Source: Sphyrna mokarran (Eukaryota). From it: a DNA stretch of 64,000 nucleotides. Below, in pieces: positions 50,346 to 64,000 of the stretch (the stretch's first letter is position 1; every line of letters starts with the position of its first letter). The translations under genes and the position numbers were made by a program. Under the pieces are notes generated by a model that was not told the origin of the DNA, searched no databases, and worked only from the letters and a program-made list of their open reading frames with translations. The stretch covers positions 61,628,001 through 61,692,000 of the forward strand of contig JAGIQG010000003.1 of assembly GCA_024679065.1 (NCBI GenBank), given 5' to 3'.

Positions 50346-51929
50346 AGGTAGAAAGGCGTCAGAAAGAAATCTAAGATGTGCTGTTTTGATGGCAGAAAGC
50401 ATGAGCATCAGAGATGAGATGAAAGAAGAGGATACACAAGAAATTAGAGTCAAGGGAATGGGGAGATAGAAAGAGACCATGCCTGCGAGGTACTTAGGTA
50501 CAAGGATGCAAAATTTTTAATTTGAGGTATTTGGAACAAAGAGCCAGTGTAGGACTGTGGAATAGGTTACGTACAACAGATTTTTGAATTGGCTGATTGT
50601 ACGGAGGTTGACTGGAAGAGCATTGAAATAATAGGTTGGAGAAATAATCGAGTTTTGAGGTGACAATTTGGGAAAGGATTTTAGCAACAGTTACGTTGTG
50701 ATAGGCGTCACAAGAATTGTTGTTGTTCTCTTCCAACACCTAATGATACACAAAACAGATCTTGGTCTGTTCTTAGAGCAAGTTTTTTTCCTGGAACAAG
50801 TTGCAAAAGCCTGCCACCAGAAACTTATAGTCTGAGGAATGCCATTCTGCATCAAGATTGGCTGCCCAGAAGACTCTCCACTCTTATTACCATTAGCCTG
50901 TTGAAAGAATTTGCAGGTTGGTATTCAACCTGTTGGCCGTGTAATGAATGTACCATCCTTGGCCATCAGGTCCTGCGATGGGACTTGAACCCACTCGGAC
51001 TTCTGGCTCAAAGGCAAGGACGTTACTCATTGCAGCACAAGGCTATCCCTCTTATAAGAGTGACATTATACAAGTAGGCAATCTCGGTGATGGAAAGGAA
51101 ATTAAACCTAGCTCAGGGCTGAATAGGCCACTAACAGCCGACGTCAGTTTGATGCAATGTTTGAACAGAGAGATCAAGTCATTGGCAAGCATACAGGGCA
51201 ATCAAAAGAGAAGCCAAAGATTTACTCTTCCTATTGTTTAAATGATGAAAATTTTGTTTTGTCAAAGACTGGATGTTTGGCAAGCAGTCTGATGACACAA
51301 AAGCAGTAGATATGTCAAGAAAATTTGTGTAGATGTAGAGCTAGGTGTCACAGCATGACAAGCATTTAGTCATCTAAAATGGTTGTTCATTATTTTTAAA
51401 GCTGTAAAAAAATGTTTCATCAGGTTATTTGTTGTTGAAAAAAAACACATGATCCATGTTCGGAAGGAGATCTATTGGAATCATACAACATGTCTGTCAA
51501 CAAATGAATGGTAAAAAGCATTTTGGATGGCAATCCTTTGTTAGAGAATAAATCTATCTTTCCTGTTTGAGCTGCCAGCTGATCTGTGTATTCCAGCATT
51601 CACAGCTTTTCTTTTTATCTCCAGTTTTATGGAGGGTCTACTTAATCTGAGAAAAACAGATTAGTTTGTAGGAATCTGAATCTAAGCTCTGGCTCAGTGG
51701 GTAATAGTCCTACTTCAGAGTCAGAAGTTTGTAGGTTCAAGCCTCACTTCAGAGAGTTGTGCACAAAAGTCTAGGCTTACACTTCAAGGCAGAACTGAGG
51801 GAGTGCCACATGGTCAGAGGTGCAGTCTTTTACACTCACCATTTGATGTCCCAGACTGCTCCATCACCATTTCTGAATATATTATGTTTCATTGGCAGAA
51901 TGGTGGTCACATAGTGACATAGAATTGAG

Positions 51930-54270
51930 AGGGAGTTGCCATGGGAGTCGTCAACATTGATTCCAGATTCCATAAAGTATCATGGCATCAGATCATACAT
52001 GGCAAGGAAAGTTTCTGCTGATTAACACCTACTTCCCATCCTCAGCTGATGAATCAGTGATCTTCCATATTGAACGCTACTTAGAAGAATTAGAGAGTAG
52101 AATAGTTCCAGAATATAGTCTCTATGTGGAACTCAACTTGGATAATCAAGAGTGGCTCGCTTATACCAGAACTGATCAAGTGCGGAGAAAGTAAAGTTTA
52201 TCCAGTAGTCATAATTTACATTGACACTGTAATGAAGTTATTCTGAAAATCCTCTGGTAGCCACAATCCGTGCCTGTTCGGATACACAGAGAATTTAGCA
52301 TGGCCAATGCACCTAACCAACACGTTTTTTAGACTGCGGGAGGAAACTGATGAAACCATGCAGGCATGGAGAGAATATGCAAACTCTGTACAGGCAACGA
52401 CCCAAGCTGGGAATCGCACCTGGGTGTCTGGCACTGTGAAGCAGCAGTGCTAACCACTGTGCCACCATGCCACCCCACTTAAGGACTTACCTGCCAGACT
52501 GGGCTAGCTGCAGGTGGTGAAAGAATAAACAAGAGGGAAAAGCTTACTTGGCCTTGGTCTCACCAACCTATATCTCGCAAATCTATAGTATTATTAGTAA
52601 GAGTGACTGCTACACAGTCATTGTGGAAGTGAAATCCATTCTTCACACTGAAGATATTTCATTGTGTTGTGTGGCACTATCAAACTGGATAGGTTTTGCA
52701 AGCTCAAAATTGGGCATCCACGAAGCATTGTCAGTCATCAGCGACAGCGGCAGAATTGTATTCAACCAGAATTTGTCATCTCATGGTTCAAAATATCCCT
52801 CACTAGTATTAGTATCAAGCCAGGAGATCAATCCTGGTTCAATGAAGAATGCAGAAGGGAATGCCAGGGAGCAGCATTAGATGTACTGGAAATGAGTTGC
52901 CAACATGCAGAAGCTACAAAACAGGACCATATCTATGATAAACAGCGGAAACATGTGTGATAGACAGAGTAAGTGATCTTACAATCAACAGATTATCATA
53001 GCACATCAGTCATGTATGGTGAAAAATTTAAGAACTAAGCAGAGAAAATCCCATAAATATCCCGATGCTCAATGATGAGGGGGTCTATCATGTCGAAACA
53101 TGGATAAGAGAGCTGAATTCCAGGAGGAAGGTAAGAGTAATTGCTCTTGACATTAAAGCAATATGTGACTAAGTGTGGCATCATGGCACCCTAGCAAACT
53201 TGAAGTCAATAGGAATCAAGGGGTAAACACTCCACTGGTTGGAGTCATACCTACCAGAAAGGAAGATTGTCTTTGTTGTTGGAGGTCAGACATCTCAGTC
53301 CCAGGAGATTGTTACAGGAGTACCTCAGGACAATGCCTCAGGCCAAACCATCTTGAGCTATTTCATCAATGCCCTTTCTTCCATCATAAGATCAGAAATA
53401 GGGATGTTCACTGGTGACTAAATGGTTATTTAGTACCATTCATAATTCCTGAAGCAGTCTGTGTCCATTTGCAGCAAGCCCAGACAGCATTCAGGATTGG
53501 ATTAACAATTGAGAATTACCATCTGTGCCAAGCAATCACCATTTCCAACACCAGAAAATCTAGCCATCTCTCACTGGCATTCATCCATTACTATAGCTGA
53601 ATTCCCCACTATCAACATCCTGGGGTTACCATTGACCAGATACTTAATTGGATCAGCCAAATAAGCACTATGGCTACAAAAACAGATCAAAGGTTGGGAA
53701 TTTTGTATTTTGTAATTCACCTCCTTTCTCCCTTAGGCCTGTTCATCAAGGCAAAAAATCAGAAGTGTGATGAAATTATCTCTACTTGCCTGAATGAGTT
53801 CTAACAACATTCAAGAAATGCAAAATTATCCAGGACAAAGTAGCCCACTTGGTTAACACCATTTCTACCACCTTCAACATTCCTTCCAACGCTGCTCCCC
53901 CATCACCACTGCACATTGGCAAGAATGTATACCATCTATAAGCTGCACTGTCACAACTCACCATTGGCTCATTCAGCAGCATCTTCTGAACCCACAACAT
54001 GTACCACTACAAATAAGGGCAGCGGACACATGGCAACACCACTACCTGTTAGTGCCCCTCTGGGCCATGCTTCATTCTGACTTAGAACATTATCACCGTC
54101 CCTCTGCTATTAAAGTGTCAAAATTCTGGACATATCTTCCAACAGCACTGTGGGTGTATCTACATCAAAAGGCTGAAGGGAAATCATAAGGCAGCTCACT
54201 ACCACCTTGTCAGTGGCAATGAAGGATTAACAACATATACTGCCCCTGCCAGTCTGCTCACATTCCATGA
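51930..54270 (+). mobile_element. Decayed CR1-clade LINE, with a SINE inserted at 52190-52475
   Basis: Encodes KPGDQSWFNEECRRE, ALDIKA, SYLPERK...VVGGQTS...GVPQ and FINAL. Confidence 0.8.
52190..52475 (-). mobile_element. HE1/V-SINE
   Basis: gaatttagcatggccaatgcacctaacc...gcagcagtgctaaccactgtgccacc. Confidence 0.85.
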
Positions 54271-56826
54271 AAAGTTTTTAAAAAGATGTTATCACCCAAT
54301 GGTTTGATAGGTTTGTACTGCCTTTATGACACAACATCCTAGAGTTCTCATCCAAACAGAACGGCCTTGATTCTGAGACTGCATCTTTAATATGGGTGTG
54401 CCAAGAATTTGTGACAACTGTTTTGGGCTTGTTTATTTAACCAATGCTAATGTCATGTACAGGTCTTGGTTAAGTATGTCATGTGGCCAAATCAGGTCTC
54501 GCCAAATTTCATGAATTCAGATGAGGCTGCACCTAATAGTTAATCTCACCATTCTTCAGACAACCTGCTGTTGTTTTTGGTGCATTATCAACTTTTTTTG
54601 GTCTTGGGAGAATGTTGATGGTCATTTTATGATCATCATTCAAGATTATTTGGGTCCCCAATGCTGCTTTTTGCACTTTCATTGCATTTGTGGTCGAAAA
54701 TTGGTGGACAATAAATAACTAACTGGAGGAAAAGGCAGCATAAATGTCCCACAGATATTTATGTGATATCACAAATGCCAGCAAAAATTGCACTTTAAAC
54801 CTGATTGAAATCTATTAATAAAGTATCCTACCCAGCGAGATACCCACCACTGTAATTGAGCTCATACATGGAAGATTGGGAACGTACTTCATGGACATGA
54901 AAGTTCACTGTGGTTTTCACTAATTATGTTTAATTGGTGGTGGACATTAACTGGTAATGCCTTTGAATCACTATCGATTGAAATACACTGAAACTGGTTG
55001 TTGCGTCCAGAGGTATATGCAATGTGTAACTCTGAAAATAAATATAAAAATGGGTAAAAGATTGACTCCAGTTCAGCCTTGCCAGTTGACTTTCTGAAGA
55101 ACAACACTGTGTATTTGCTCTGTTCATCAATTTCTCTTGTTCCTTCCATTTATTATACCTCCTGGCTTATGAATGCATTCCATATTTTTTCTGATAGTCT
55201 CTCCTCCCCTGCTGAAACACAGATTGGATGCTGCCATCCAGTTCCTTAGCCATTTTTCAGATATGAACCTAGAATGTTGGCAACCTGTCCACTATGAAGA
55301 AGGGGATAGGGGGAGTGGAATCATGACCAAACCGAATCTTGTTCTCATTTGATATCTACATGTTGTACTTTCCAGCAGAGATCACTGAGTAGTGATTTAA
55401 AGCAGGATGTAGAGCTGAAGGTTGCTAAGGATAACTGGAATGTCCCATTCTGGACCCAGATGACATAAGCTAACCCAGCACAAGCTGGGGATTAAACCTG
55501 CTGTCTTGCTCAATTATATAGCTCGGTTAACTGTGGGCACTGAGCCATTTAAGGAGTTCTAATTTGCATAAATTTTATTTTAACGCAGAGGATCACTTGG
55601 GAATGGAGTTGTTGAGGAGATTAAAATTTGTTCTATTCTATCTGTCATGGCCACGCTTCTTGAGATTCTTCTGTTTTGTCCTCGTATGTTCTGCTTTAAT
55701 TGTCCTTTCTTTGGTCCATTTAGTTGACATTTTGTCTTGCACTACTTTGGAGTTCACCAGTAGTGTGCATCATAATCTGATTTTATAAAAATGTGTTGCA
55801 AATAGATGGCTTGCCTGAAGGGCTATTGCAGCTGACATTAGGGAGATTATGGCTTTAAAGTAAATGAGCTCACTATATTGGCATTGTGCTTTTGTCACTC
55901 CCCAACCAAATATGGTGCAGTATTTTGAAAATCTCTAACATAAAACTATTTATGGCACTTACTAAAACATCCTTATTGATGTTTTGAGTACATTAAAATA
56001 ATTCAACTTTTCAGAATCCCTTCTAACATATCTGCTGTGAACCACTAGTGTTGAATCTGTTATTCACACTGTTAAAATCTGCAGTCATGAGAAATGCTTA
56101 AGGCTGACATTTACTGGAAAATTCCCTTCTGACTGTTTAGTGCCATCTACACATTCACACGGTATAAATTTAGCTTTCCAGCTCCCAGGGCCAAAGGCCC
56201 AGTCACTTGGCAGCTATCTAAAAACAAACAAGAATGTAGTGTACTCAAGCAGGAAGCGCTTGAGAGGAAAAGTGCTCCAGCTCAAACCCTCTGATTCTCA
56301 TACCCAGCCCAGAGAGATGTAGGATCGCTGTCTTATTATAATATCTGACACAGGGGACAATCCTTATTTATCATGATAACCCTTGCATTATACTCAGCAC
56401 AGCAGAGTTTCCCTTCCATTGAGACTATCTGCAAGGTGGTGTAGCATTTATTCCTTTCCCCTTGGACCTTGACATGAGGACACAACCCTACCCATTACAC
56501 CTTTATAATATGGATATTGGGTTATACCTTTCCATTGATCATGTTTTTAGGGTAATATTACCCCACTACTCTGACATTTAGAGGATTGTGATCCTACCCT
56601 GTTTTTCCCCACAATTGATCTCCCCATAAAATAAATGTGGAGTTGTACCCCTCCATTAATCTCTCAGTCTAACTGTTGGGTAATAACTCCCATTTATCTC
56701 TCAGCTGGAAGTGTGGGCTCAACCTACCTCATTGTAATGGGGTTTGGAGCCAATATCACCACATTGATCACTCTCACATTCAATCGTGCACTTTCAATGA
56801 TGGACTTGTATTGTGTTTTTTTATAG

Positions 56827-56907
56827 TCCATCATATTTGATGAAGTGGATTTAACAGATGCCAGTGTCGCAGAATCCAGCACGAAAAACGTCAACAACAG
56901 TTTTACA
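56827..56907 (+). CDS. DGKD: DGK coding exon 3 (81 bp), PH domain
   Basis: Flanked by ttatag|TCC and ACA|gtgagt. Encodes [27 protein letters not shown], which matches DGKD as I recall it rather than DGKH ([27 protein letters not shown]). Confidence 0.92.
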
Positions 56908-57419
56908 GTGAGTAGCTCTGACACGAGTTATATTTAACAAGAATTTGATTGCATCCGATAATGTTACTGACAATGGTTGCATATTAATAATAAGCACAGG
57001 TAGCATGGATGTTTGATTATTTATCAGACAGTTTGTTAAATAGTGACACAAATGGCAGCAGTTGTAATTTGTTTTAAATGTATTAATTGCATTGGCTGAT
57101 TAAGTTCCATGCTGAAAGGGGACCTTGAATTTATGTAATACCTATTAGGTCCCAGGATATCCCAAAGCATTTCACAGTTAATAACTTCTGAAGTGCAGTC
57201 ACTATTGCATTGTAGGCTGAGATGGGTTCAGTTTTTATACAGGAAGGTTCTACAAATAGATAAGTAAATAAATTATCAGATAATCTATTTCAATGATGTT
57301 TGTTCAGTCATGAAACATTGGCAAGAACTGCTGCTGATTTGGCTTAAGTTCTTCAGCTAGAAATTTATTTTAAATTCTGGATTAATTCTCTTTCCTGTCA
57401 AAGAGGTTGGATTTAATAA

Positions 57420-58065
57420 ACTAGGATATGGGTAGGGAGATTACAATGTTTGGCTGTAGTGAGTTGAGATTAGTGTAAAAAGGATAGTAAGTTTGACTGT
57501 AGTGAGTTGGGATATAGGGTAGAAGGCTTATTGAGTTTGGGTGTAGTGAGTTGGGATTTAGGGTAAAGAGTTACTGAGTTTGGATGTAATGAGTTGGAAT
57601 ATAAGTTAGATGGGTTACTGAGTTGGAATGTTGACAGGTTATAGAGGTTGGTGTAGCAAGCTGAGATGTTGGGGTGAAGGGTTACAGATGTTGGGTATAG
57701 TACGCTAGGGTGAAGTGTAGAGGGTTTCAGAGGTTGATGTAGTGAGCTGAGATTTAGGATAAAGGGGTTACAGAGTTTGGACAAAGTGAGTTGGGATGTA
57801 GGGTTGAGAAGTTGGGTGTAGTGAGTTGGGATGTAAACAGATTACAGAGGTGGTGTAGTGAGCTGAAATATAGGGTAGAGGGGTTACAGATGTTGGGTGT
57901 ATTGAGCTGGGATGAAGGGTAAAGGGTTACAGATGTTGAGTGTAGTGAGCTGAGATTTAGGGTAGAGGGTTACGTAGTTTGGGTGAAGTGAGTTGGGATG
58001 TATGGTAGATTGGTTACGGAAGTTGGTGTAGTGAGCTGGGAATCAGAGTAGCAGGATTACAAAGT
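57420..58065. repeat. Degenerate ~42-44-bp G/T-rich minisatellite
   Basis: Recurrent gtgtagtgagttgggat.tagggtagaggggttacaga. Confidence 0.8.
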
Positions 58066-60174
58066 TACATCAGAGAAAGAGGTCCTGGAGGAATTTGGGG
58101 ATTTTGAATTCAATTGATTGAAACCAGAAAACTAACTAAATACTATAAAATATTTGCATATTTGAAAAGTGGACATTCTGAACCAAATGGAATTTGTTAT
58201 GATTGAGTGCTCAGTAAAAAAACAATATTTGAGAAGCTGGGTCTGTAAATAACAAAACCTTTCATCAGGATTTTAGTAAGATTGAAGTGGATAAATGCAG
58301 GCAGAAATTGGCAGTTTTGGTGATAGAATGTTGGTTTGAAGCTCAGCTCCTGTTCAATGAGTTTTGGCATTGTAAGTCACCTTACTCAAACAGACAAAGA
58401 TGGAAATGCAATTCCAGGCAAAAGGCAAATGTTTAATAGGAAACAAATAACATGGCTTCAGTCTTTCTGGTGCCAATATCAGAAATATCTGACCAGATTT
58501 AAGTACAAGAAATACTAAAGACTGGTTTCTTTTTCCTGTTGTTGCTAATTGCCTCTGTTGTTAGACAATGTCCTGGACTTCATTTTGGATGGAATGACAA
58601 TGCAGCAACAGGAAGGAAAAACTGTTCCTCAGCATTTCTTATACGGGATCTAACCAGAATTTCCACTCTGATATTAATTCTTAGGAAGTCTCCCGATTCT
58701 GACTGCATTTTCCAGGAAACTCAACTTTATTTAGGATTTCATAACAGATGTAGTGGAATTATTTGCTGTTCAGACATTTCCTGGTTTCCATTTTTTCCAA
58801 CATGGTCTTTCATTAGGCAAGTGTCAGAAAATCTGTGCCTTTTGATGTTGTTTCCATTCAAATGTGACTGTCTGTATAAACTTGTCCACTGTTAATTGTA
58901 TGTTAAATGTGCTTAATTGAGTGGTGGTGATGAGCATTAACTGCGTTTTCATCTGAGCATATATAAAGAGATACTTATTGAAATTGTAGCATGGTGGACG
59001 TAGGAGATGTAATCTTGCAACATTTAACTTGGTAAATGAGTGTGGAAGATTAACTCCAATACAGCCATACATTAGATAAAAGATAAAAATAACAATCCCC
59101 TGTGAGCAATCCGTAATCACACTATTTTAGTGGTTCTTATCGAACAGGCTAAACTTCGGAAACTTATGGAACGATATAAAATGGAAGTAAGGCAAGAAAT
59201 GAAAAGCTAGTAATTTGATTACACGCACACGGCGGTGTGTGATTGATTCTAATCCTGCAAGCAAATTGGCTTACATGTATCAATCTAAGCAACTGAGGTG
59301 AATGCATCTGTATCCCAATCTTTGCTTAGATTAGTGACATGGTGCAGAGGTGAACACTGGCAGTATTGTCCAAATAATCAAGCGGCTATAACATTGAAAT
59401 GGGAGTCAGGTGGTTGTCCAAGCCATCCTACCCCATGGGCTTGAATAACTTGAGCATTTTAAAGCACATTTTTGCCCTTTAGGACAAATTCATCCAGCTC
59501 ATGCTCCCGCTCCTCCACAAACAATTCTTTGCTGACCAAATCGACATAGCTTTCAGTTAATGCCAGATGCTGAAAGAAGTATCAGGTGAATCGCACGAAT
59601 GATACCAACTGCCATACACTCGTTTTATTTCCTGGGACATCCAGACTTCTGATCACAGAGAAAAGTTTCCTGAGTTTCTATTACAGGAGAACACAAGCAA
59701 TTCCATTGTTGAGGGGTTCAGAATATTTGCAATCTACACTAATGCAGAATCATCAGTCCAGTTGGAACAGAATCGAAGATAAACACATTGAGCAATGAAA
59801 AACTATATGGCTTGGATTTCTTCAGGCATCTCCTTTGCTGTTACTTGCTGTCAACAATTATCCAACAAGGTTTGAAGTGTCAGTGCAACGGGTTTTTTTG
59901 CACTGTTGGAAGGCAACCACTTGGAATTGCTTAGGTGCTTTCATTGAGCATTATACCTGCTTCAAAGTGGCTATAATGTTTCTATAATGTAATGAGCAAA
60001 ACTTTTTCACTTTCCTTAGTTGGTTTTATTGTCTGAAACTTTCAAACACTTGATATACATTTATTTTCTCTGAGTCCCTCTTAACCTGTCTTCTGACATG
60101 ACAGAGCATTCAGTTGCATAAGTCTTCACCATGTTGAAAGGCACTCACTGCCGGCTCCTTCCCAAGTCAATGAA

Positions 60175-60515
60175 CCATAGAACCCTACAGTGCAGAAAGA
60201 GGCCCTTTGGCCCATCGAGTCTGCACCGACTACAATCCCACCCAGGCCCTACCTCCACATCCCTAAATATTTTACCCACTAATCACACTAACCTAAGCAT
60301 CTGAGGACACTAAGGGGCAATTTTAGCATGGCCAATTAATCTAATCCACACATCTTTGGACTGTGGAAGGAAACCAGAGCACCTGGAGGAAACCCACGCA
60401 GACACGAGGAGAATGTGCAAACTCCACATAGACAGTGACCTGAGCCGGGAATCGAACCCAGGTGCCTGGAGCCGCAAAGCAGCAGTGCTAACCACTGTGC
60501 TACCATGCCACCCCT
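60175..60515 (-). mobile_element. Near full-length HE1/V-SINE; second copy lacking the tail end at 60691-61015
   Basis: tRNA-derived head (A box tggttagc, B box ggttcgattcc on the minus strand), V-domain and CR1-like tail. Confidence 0.9.
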
Positions 60516-61193
60516 ACTATGCTTAATGTCATTGTGCAGCCACCAACACAACATTCAAGAGGCAGCCCTCCCATCACCTTTTCAGTTCAGGCAATATATG
60601 TGTCTTGCAGAGATGGTGCCTCTTCATTCCAATGTGCTTGAGATCTTCTTTATGTATCTCTTGTGATTTTCTTCCTTACTCCCATGCAATTGCAGAAAGA
60701 GGCCCTTTGGCCCATCGAGTCTGCACCGACTACAATCCCACCCAGGCCCTACCTCCACATCCCTAAATATTTTACCCACTAATCACACTAACCTAAGCAT
60801 CTGAGGACACTAAGGGGCAATTTTAGCATGGCCAATTAATCTAATCCACACATCTTTGGACTGTGGAAGGAAACCAGAGCACCTGGAGGAAACCCACGCA
60901 GACACGAGGAGAATGTGCAAACTCCACATAGACAGTGACCTGAGCCGGGAATCGAACCCAGGTGCCTGGAGCCGCAAAGCAGCAGTGCTAACCACTGTGC
61001 TACCATGCCACCCCTACTATGCTTAATGTCATTGTGCAGCCACCAACACAACATTCAAGAGGCAGCCCTCCCATCACCTTTTCAGTTCAGGCAATATATG
61101 TGTCTTGCAGAGATGGCGCCTCTTCATTCCAATGTGCTTGAGATCTTCTTTATGTATCTCTTGTGATTTTCTTCCTTACTCCCATGCAATTGC
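60191..61193. repeat. 500-bp tandem duplication
   Basis: 60191-60690 is repeated at 60691-61190; one difference seen (60617 T vs 61117 C); tgc microhomology at the junction. Confidence 0.95.
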
Positions 61194-64000
61194 TCTTTAC
61201 TATACTCTGTCATAGAGATTGTTGTTGCCAATGCTAGAAATCAGCACACGTCAATCCCCAGCTAAAATTAGATGAAGAGGAACAAAGAGGATGATTTAAG
61301 AGTCAGGATAACACAAGCCTTGGTACTATGGTGAAAAGACTCATTTGTCTTTTGGACTGCGTAGTATTCATAAAGCCTTTCACTCCCTGTTAGCACTTGA
61401 ATTGCTTTCTTTTTTGGAGACGCAGACAAGCTAGCTACAGGCACATGTAGTATGATTCAGAGACTGAGTCAGTGGAATGGGAAATAGAACATTAAGATGA
61501 ATCTTCACCTGACATCTTTGCTGCCTCTATATTTGCGATGGTAATGATATCTCTCACTCTCACAGCTACCTATTATATATCCTGTCAGCTGAATTCATTG
61601 TACAGCAAGAATTGCAATAACAAAATCAGACCTTTTCAGGTTAGCAGGAAAAGAAGCAGGAGCAGTTTTGATTTGGAGAAATTAAAGAGCTAAGAACCAA
61701 CCAAACTGTCTGGGAAAGAAGTTCTGCTTTTTTCCCCCTCCTCTCTCCAGTCTGCCTAACACACTTTGTTCTAGTCTCACTGATGAACTGCTCCATGCCT
61801 AAATGGATCTTCTACACCATATTTACTGGTTTCTCTCCTGGTCATGTCTACGAGTTCCCATCCCAAGTGCTGTGGTACTCATAACTGACTCTTTCGTAGC
61901 AGTTGCCTCAGAAACCTTATTCTCTATCCCATTGCTTATCCTGCACCATATACTCACCATTGTTTCCTATTTGGTTGTCCACCTTCTGCATGCCCACTAT
62001 CTCCAGTCAGTCTTTTCTTAACCCTCTGATATCCCACTTCTTTGTGCCTTCTTACTTGTTCTAGTGAATTTTCTAGTTGTCCATTTGTGCACATCCATTT
62101 GCAAAATGTCTTATCACTATCAAAAAAGTTTTACTCCTCTGTGATTTCATTCTGGAAGAGCACATTGTCAGTCTGAGAGTAGCATAGTTTACTGACAGCC
62201 GATCTTTTCTTAACAGTGAGACACCCCTACCAGTCCACATTTATACTCTGCCACTGTGATACACTGCAGTGGTACTGTCACCTTGCTGTATCCCTCAAAT
62301 TCTCTACTGTTCCATCAGTTTTTCCAATGTTGTCCTCAGTCATTTTTTGACTTAAATAAATGACAACGCATCTATGGCAGTTCAGAAGAGATAGCATTTA
62401 TTCTCTTCATTGAAATTGTATTATTTCCCTGACTAAGTAACAGACAGGCTGAAAAAAAAGTAACATTTGTTAATAGTGGGAGGAATTTTAGAGCAATGCA
62501 ATATGATGTCCATATGCGTGTAAGCTAATTGTGTTCTTGCAGATGAGGCAGCACATTGACATTCAAAGCCAAAGTTATATAGAAAAAACTTTATTTTGTC
62601 TATCGTGTGCCGAACCTGGCCTTGGTATGTTCGATAGGGCAGTATTATGGAACCTATGCTCTGTGTCGAACCCAGACTGTACCTTTAATTCAGGATGGTT
62701 ACTGTAGTATTGTGGCATAATAGGCTGCTCATTCACTCCTAAAATTCAACAAAAGTTTGAGCTCCTGATCTTATTTATATGATTGGTTAGCTTTCAAGTA
62801 TAGATGAAAACCCAGGTCAGACTTTTGCAGCTTCTCAATGTAGCTATTAAAAACAAAGATATTGTGTTAAGCTGGGGTCATGGTGGGGACAATAATGAAA
62901 ACTTATGACAATGCAACAATTTTTTATATCCAAGTAGCAAACTAGCCCATCAATGCTGTTAAGGGTTAAACTTCAATGTTCCAGGACTAGGATTTCCTGC
63001 TGTTTATGTTCCAACCTACTGGACATAAACTCACTTCCTCATGTCATCCTGTTGGTGTTGACCGGGATGTAGTTTGAGACAAGAGGCCGTCAACTCAGAC
63101 AGAAACTCTTCGACCTGAAGAGGACAGGTGGAGAGGAATGATTCCTTTTCAAGGTTATTAAACACAGTATATAGATGCAGCAGTTTCTAATGGATCATCT
63201 ATTAAACTGTCACAGAAACCACTCAAAAGGGCAGGTGCATGATTAAACTTAGAAATCCAAAAGCTCCTGGCTCATTCATTCATGAAAATGGCATTTTGTT
63301 GCCTGGCTTCCCATTCTAAACATTTAGTGACATTACACTATATTTGTATTGTAGGTGTAAAATAAAATTACCACAAAGTTGTGACATATCCATTTTAGGT
63401 TTTTTTTTTACTTTGTCTCTTTTTTATTGTTTACCATTTTTCCCTCTATCTCTCAATTTGGGTCTCATTTGACATTGAATTCATTCACTAACTTGGACTT
63501 CCTAGTACAGACCTCTGTCTATTGCACTCTCCTTGAATCCGACTGCTTTCGGGAGCAAGCAATTGTACCTTACGCAGAATTCAGATACCCTGTAAAGGTC
63601 ACCACGCAGTCTTCATCTCTCACTTCCAGTACGTCATCATCGGCATTAAATAGATAAGGTCAAATCTAACAGCGTGTGTCACAGAAATCTTTGGGCCACA
63701 ATCTCATAGTACAGACAATTGTAAACTAAACTATACAAAACAAAGAATGAAAAGTGGCAGTGCACCTGAAGACACTTTCAAGCTGACCACTTCTGATAGC
63801 ATTCTACAGTGAAGTTAAAATGTTTATGAAAGTAACAAACTTGGAATTAATTGATAACTTTAAATTGAGCGTTTCTGGTTCCTAATATCATATTATCCCT
63901 TGAGTGACACATTTACTTTGCTTACTTTGCTATTCGTATTCTGACAGGGTTGTGGAACCAGTAGTTCTCAGATTGCTAGCCTTAAGGTTCTGATCTTCTG

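Noticed and set aside
60430-60515. tRNA genes suggested by A and B boxes
   Set aside because: These are SINE heads attached to V-domains and tails; no complete cloverleaf.
56908-64000. DGK exon 4 (expected VITP.R.L.LCA.NRKEMEDW)
   Set aside because: Not found on the + strand; presumably beyond the window.

Overview
This is vertebrate nuclear DNA, almost certainly from a shark, judged by HE1/V-SINEs, Deu-domain and LF-SINE-like elements, abundant CR1 LINEs and Penelope-type repeats. Two + strand genes lie head-to-tail. SRPRB has coding exons 2-7 at 3368-14821; exon 1 is upstream of the window. A type II diacylglycerol kinase, most likely DGKD, has exons 1-3 at 19031-19204, 48963-49073 and 56827-56907 and continues beyond the window. 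The rest is intron or intergenic DNA full of transposon relics and minisatellites, plus one assembly gap. Most notable: a 41-bp CpG-rich minisatellite abutting the DGK start codon (CTCF-like cores and a uATG in each unit); a ~570-bp near-perfect inverted repeat with older diverged remnants; a template-switch hairpin; a TSD-bounded SINE with an unexplained structured leader; hammerhead relics; a candidate antisense exon chain; and an exact 500-bp tandem duplication. No prokaryotic-type system was found. Repeat family names come from recalled consensus similarity, not database searches.
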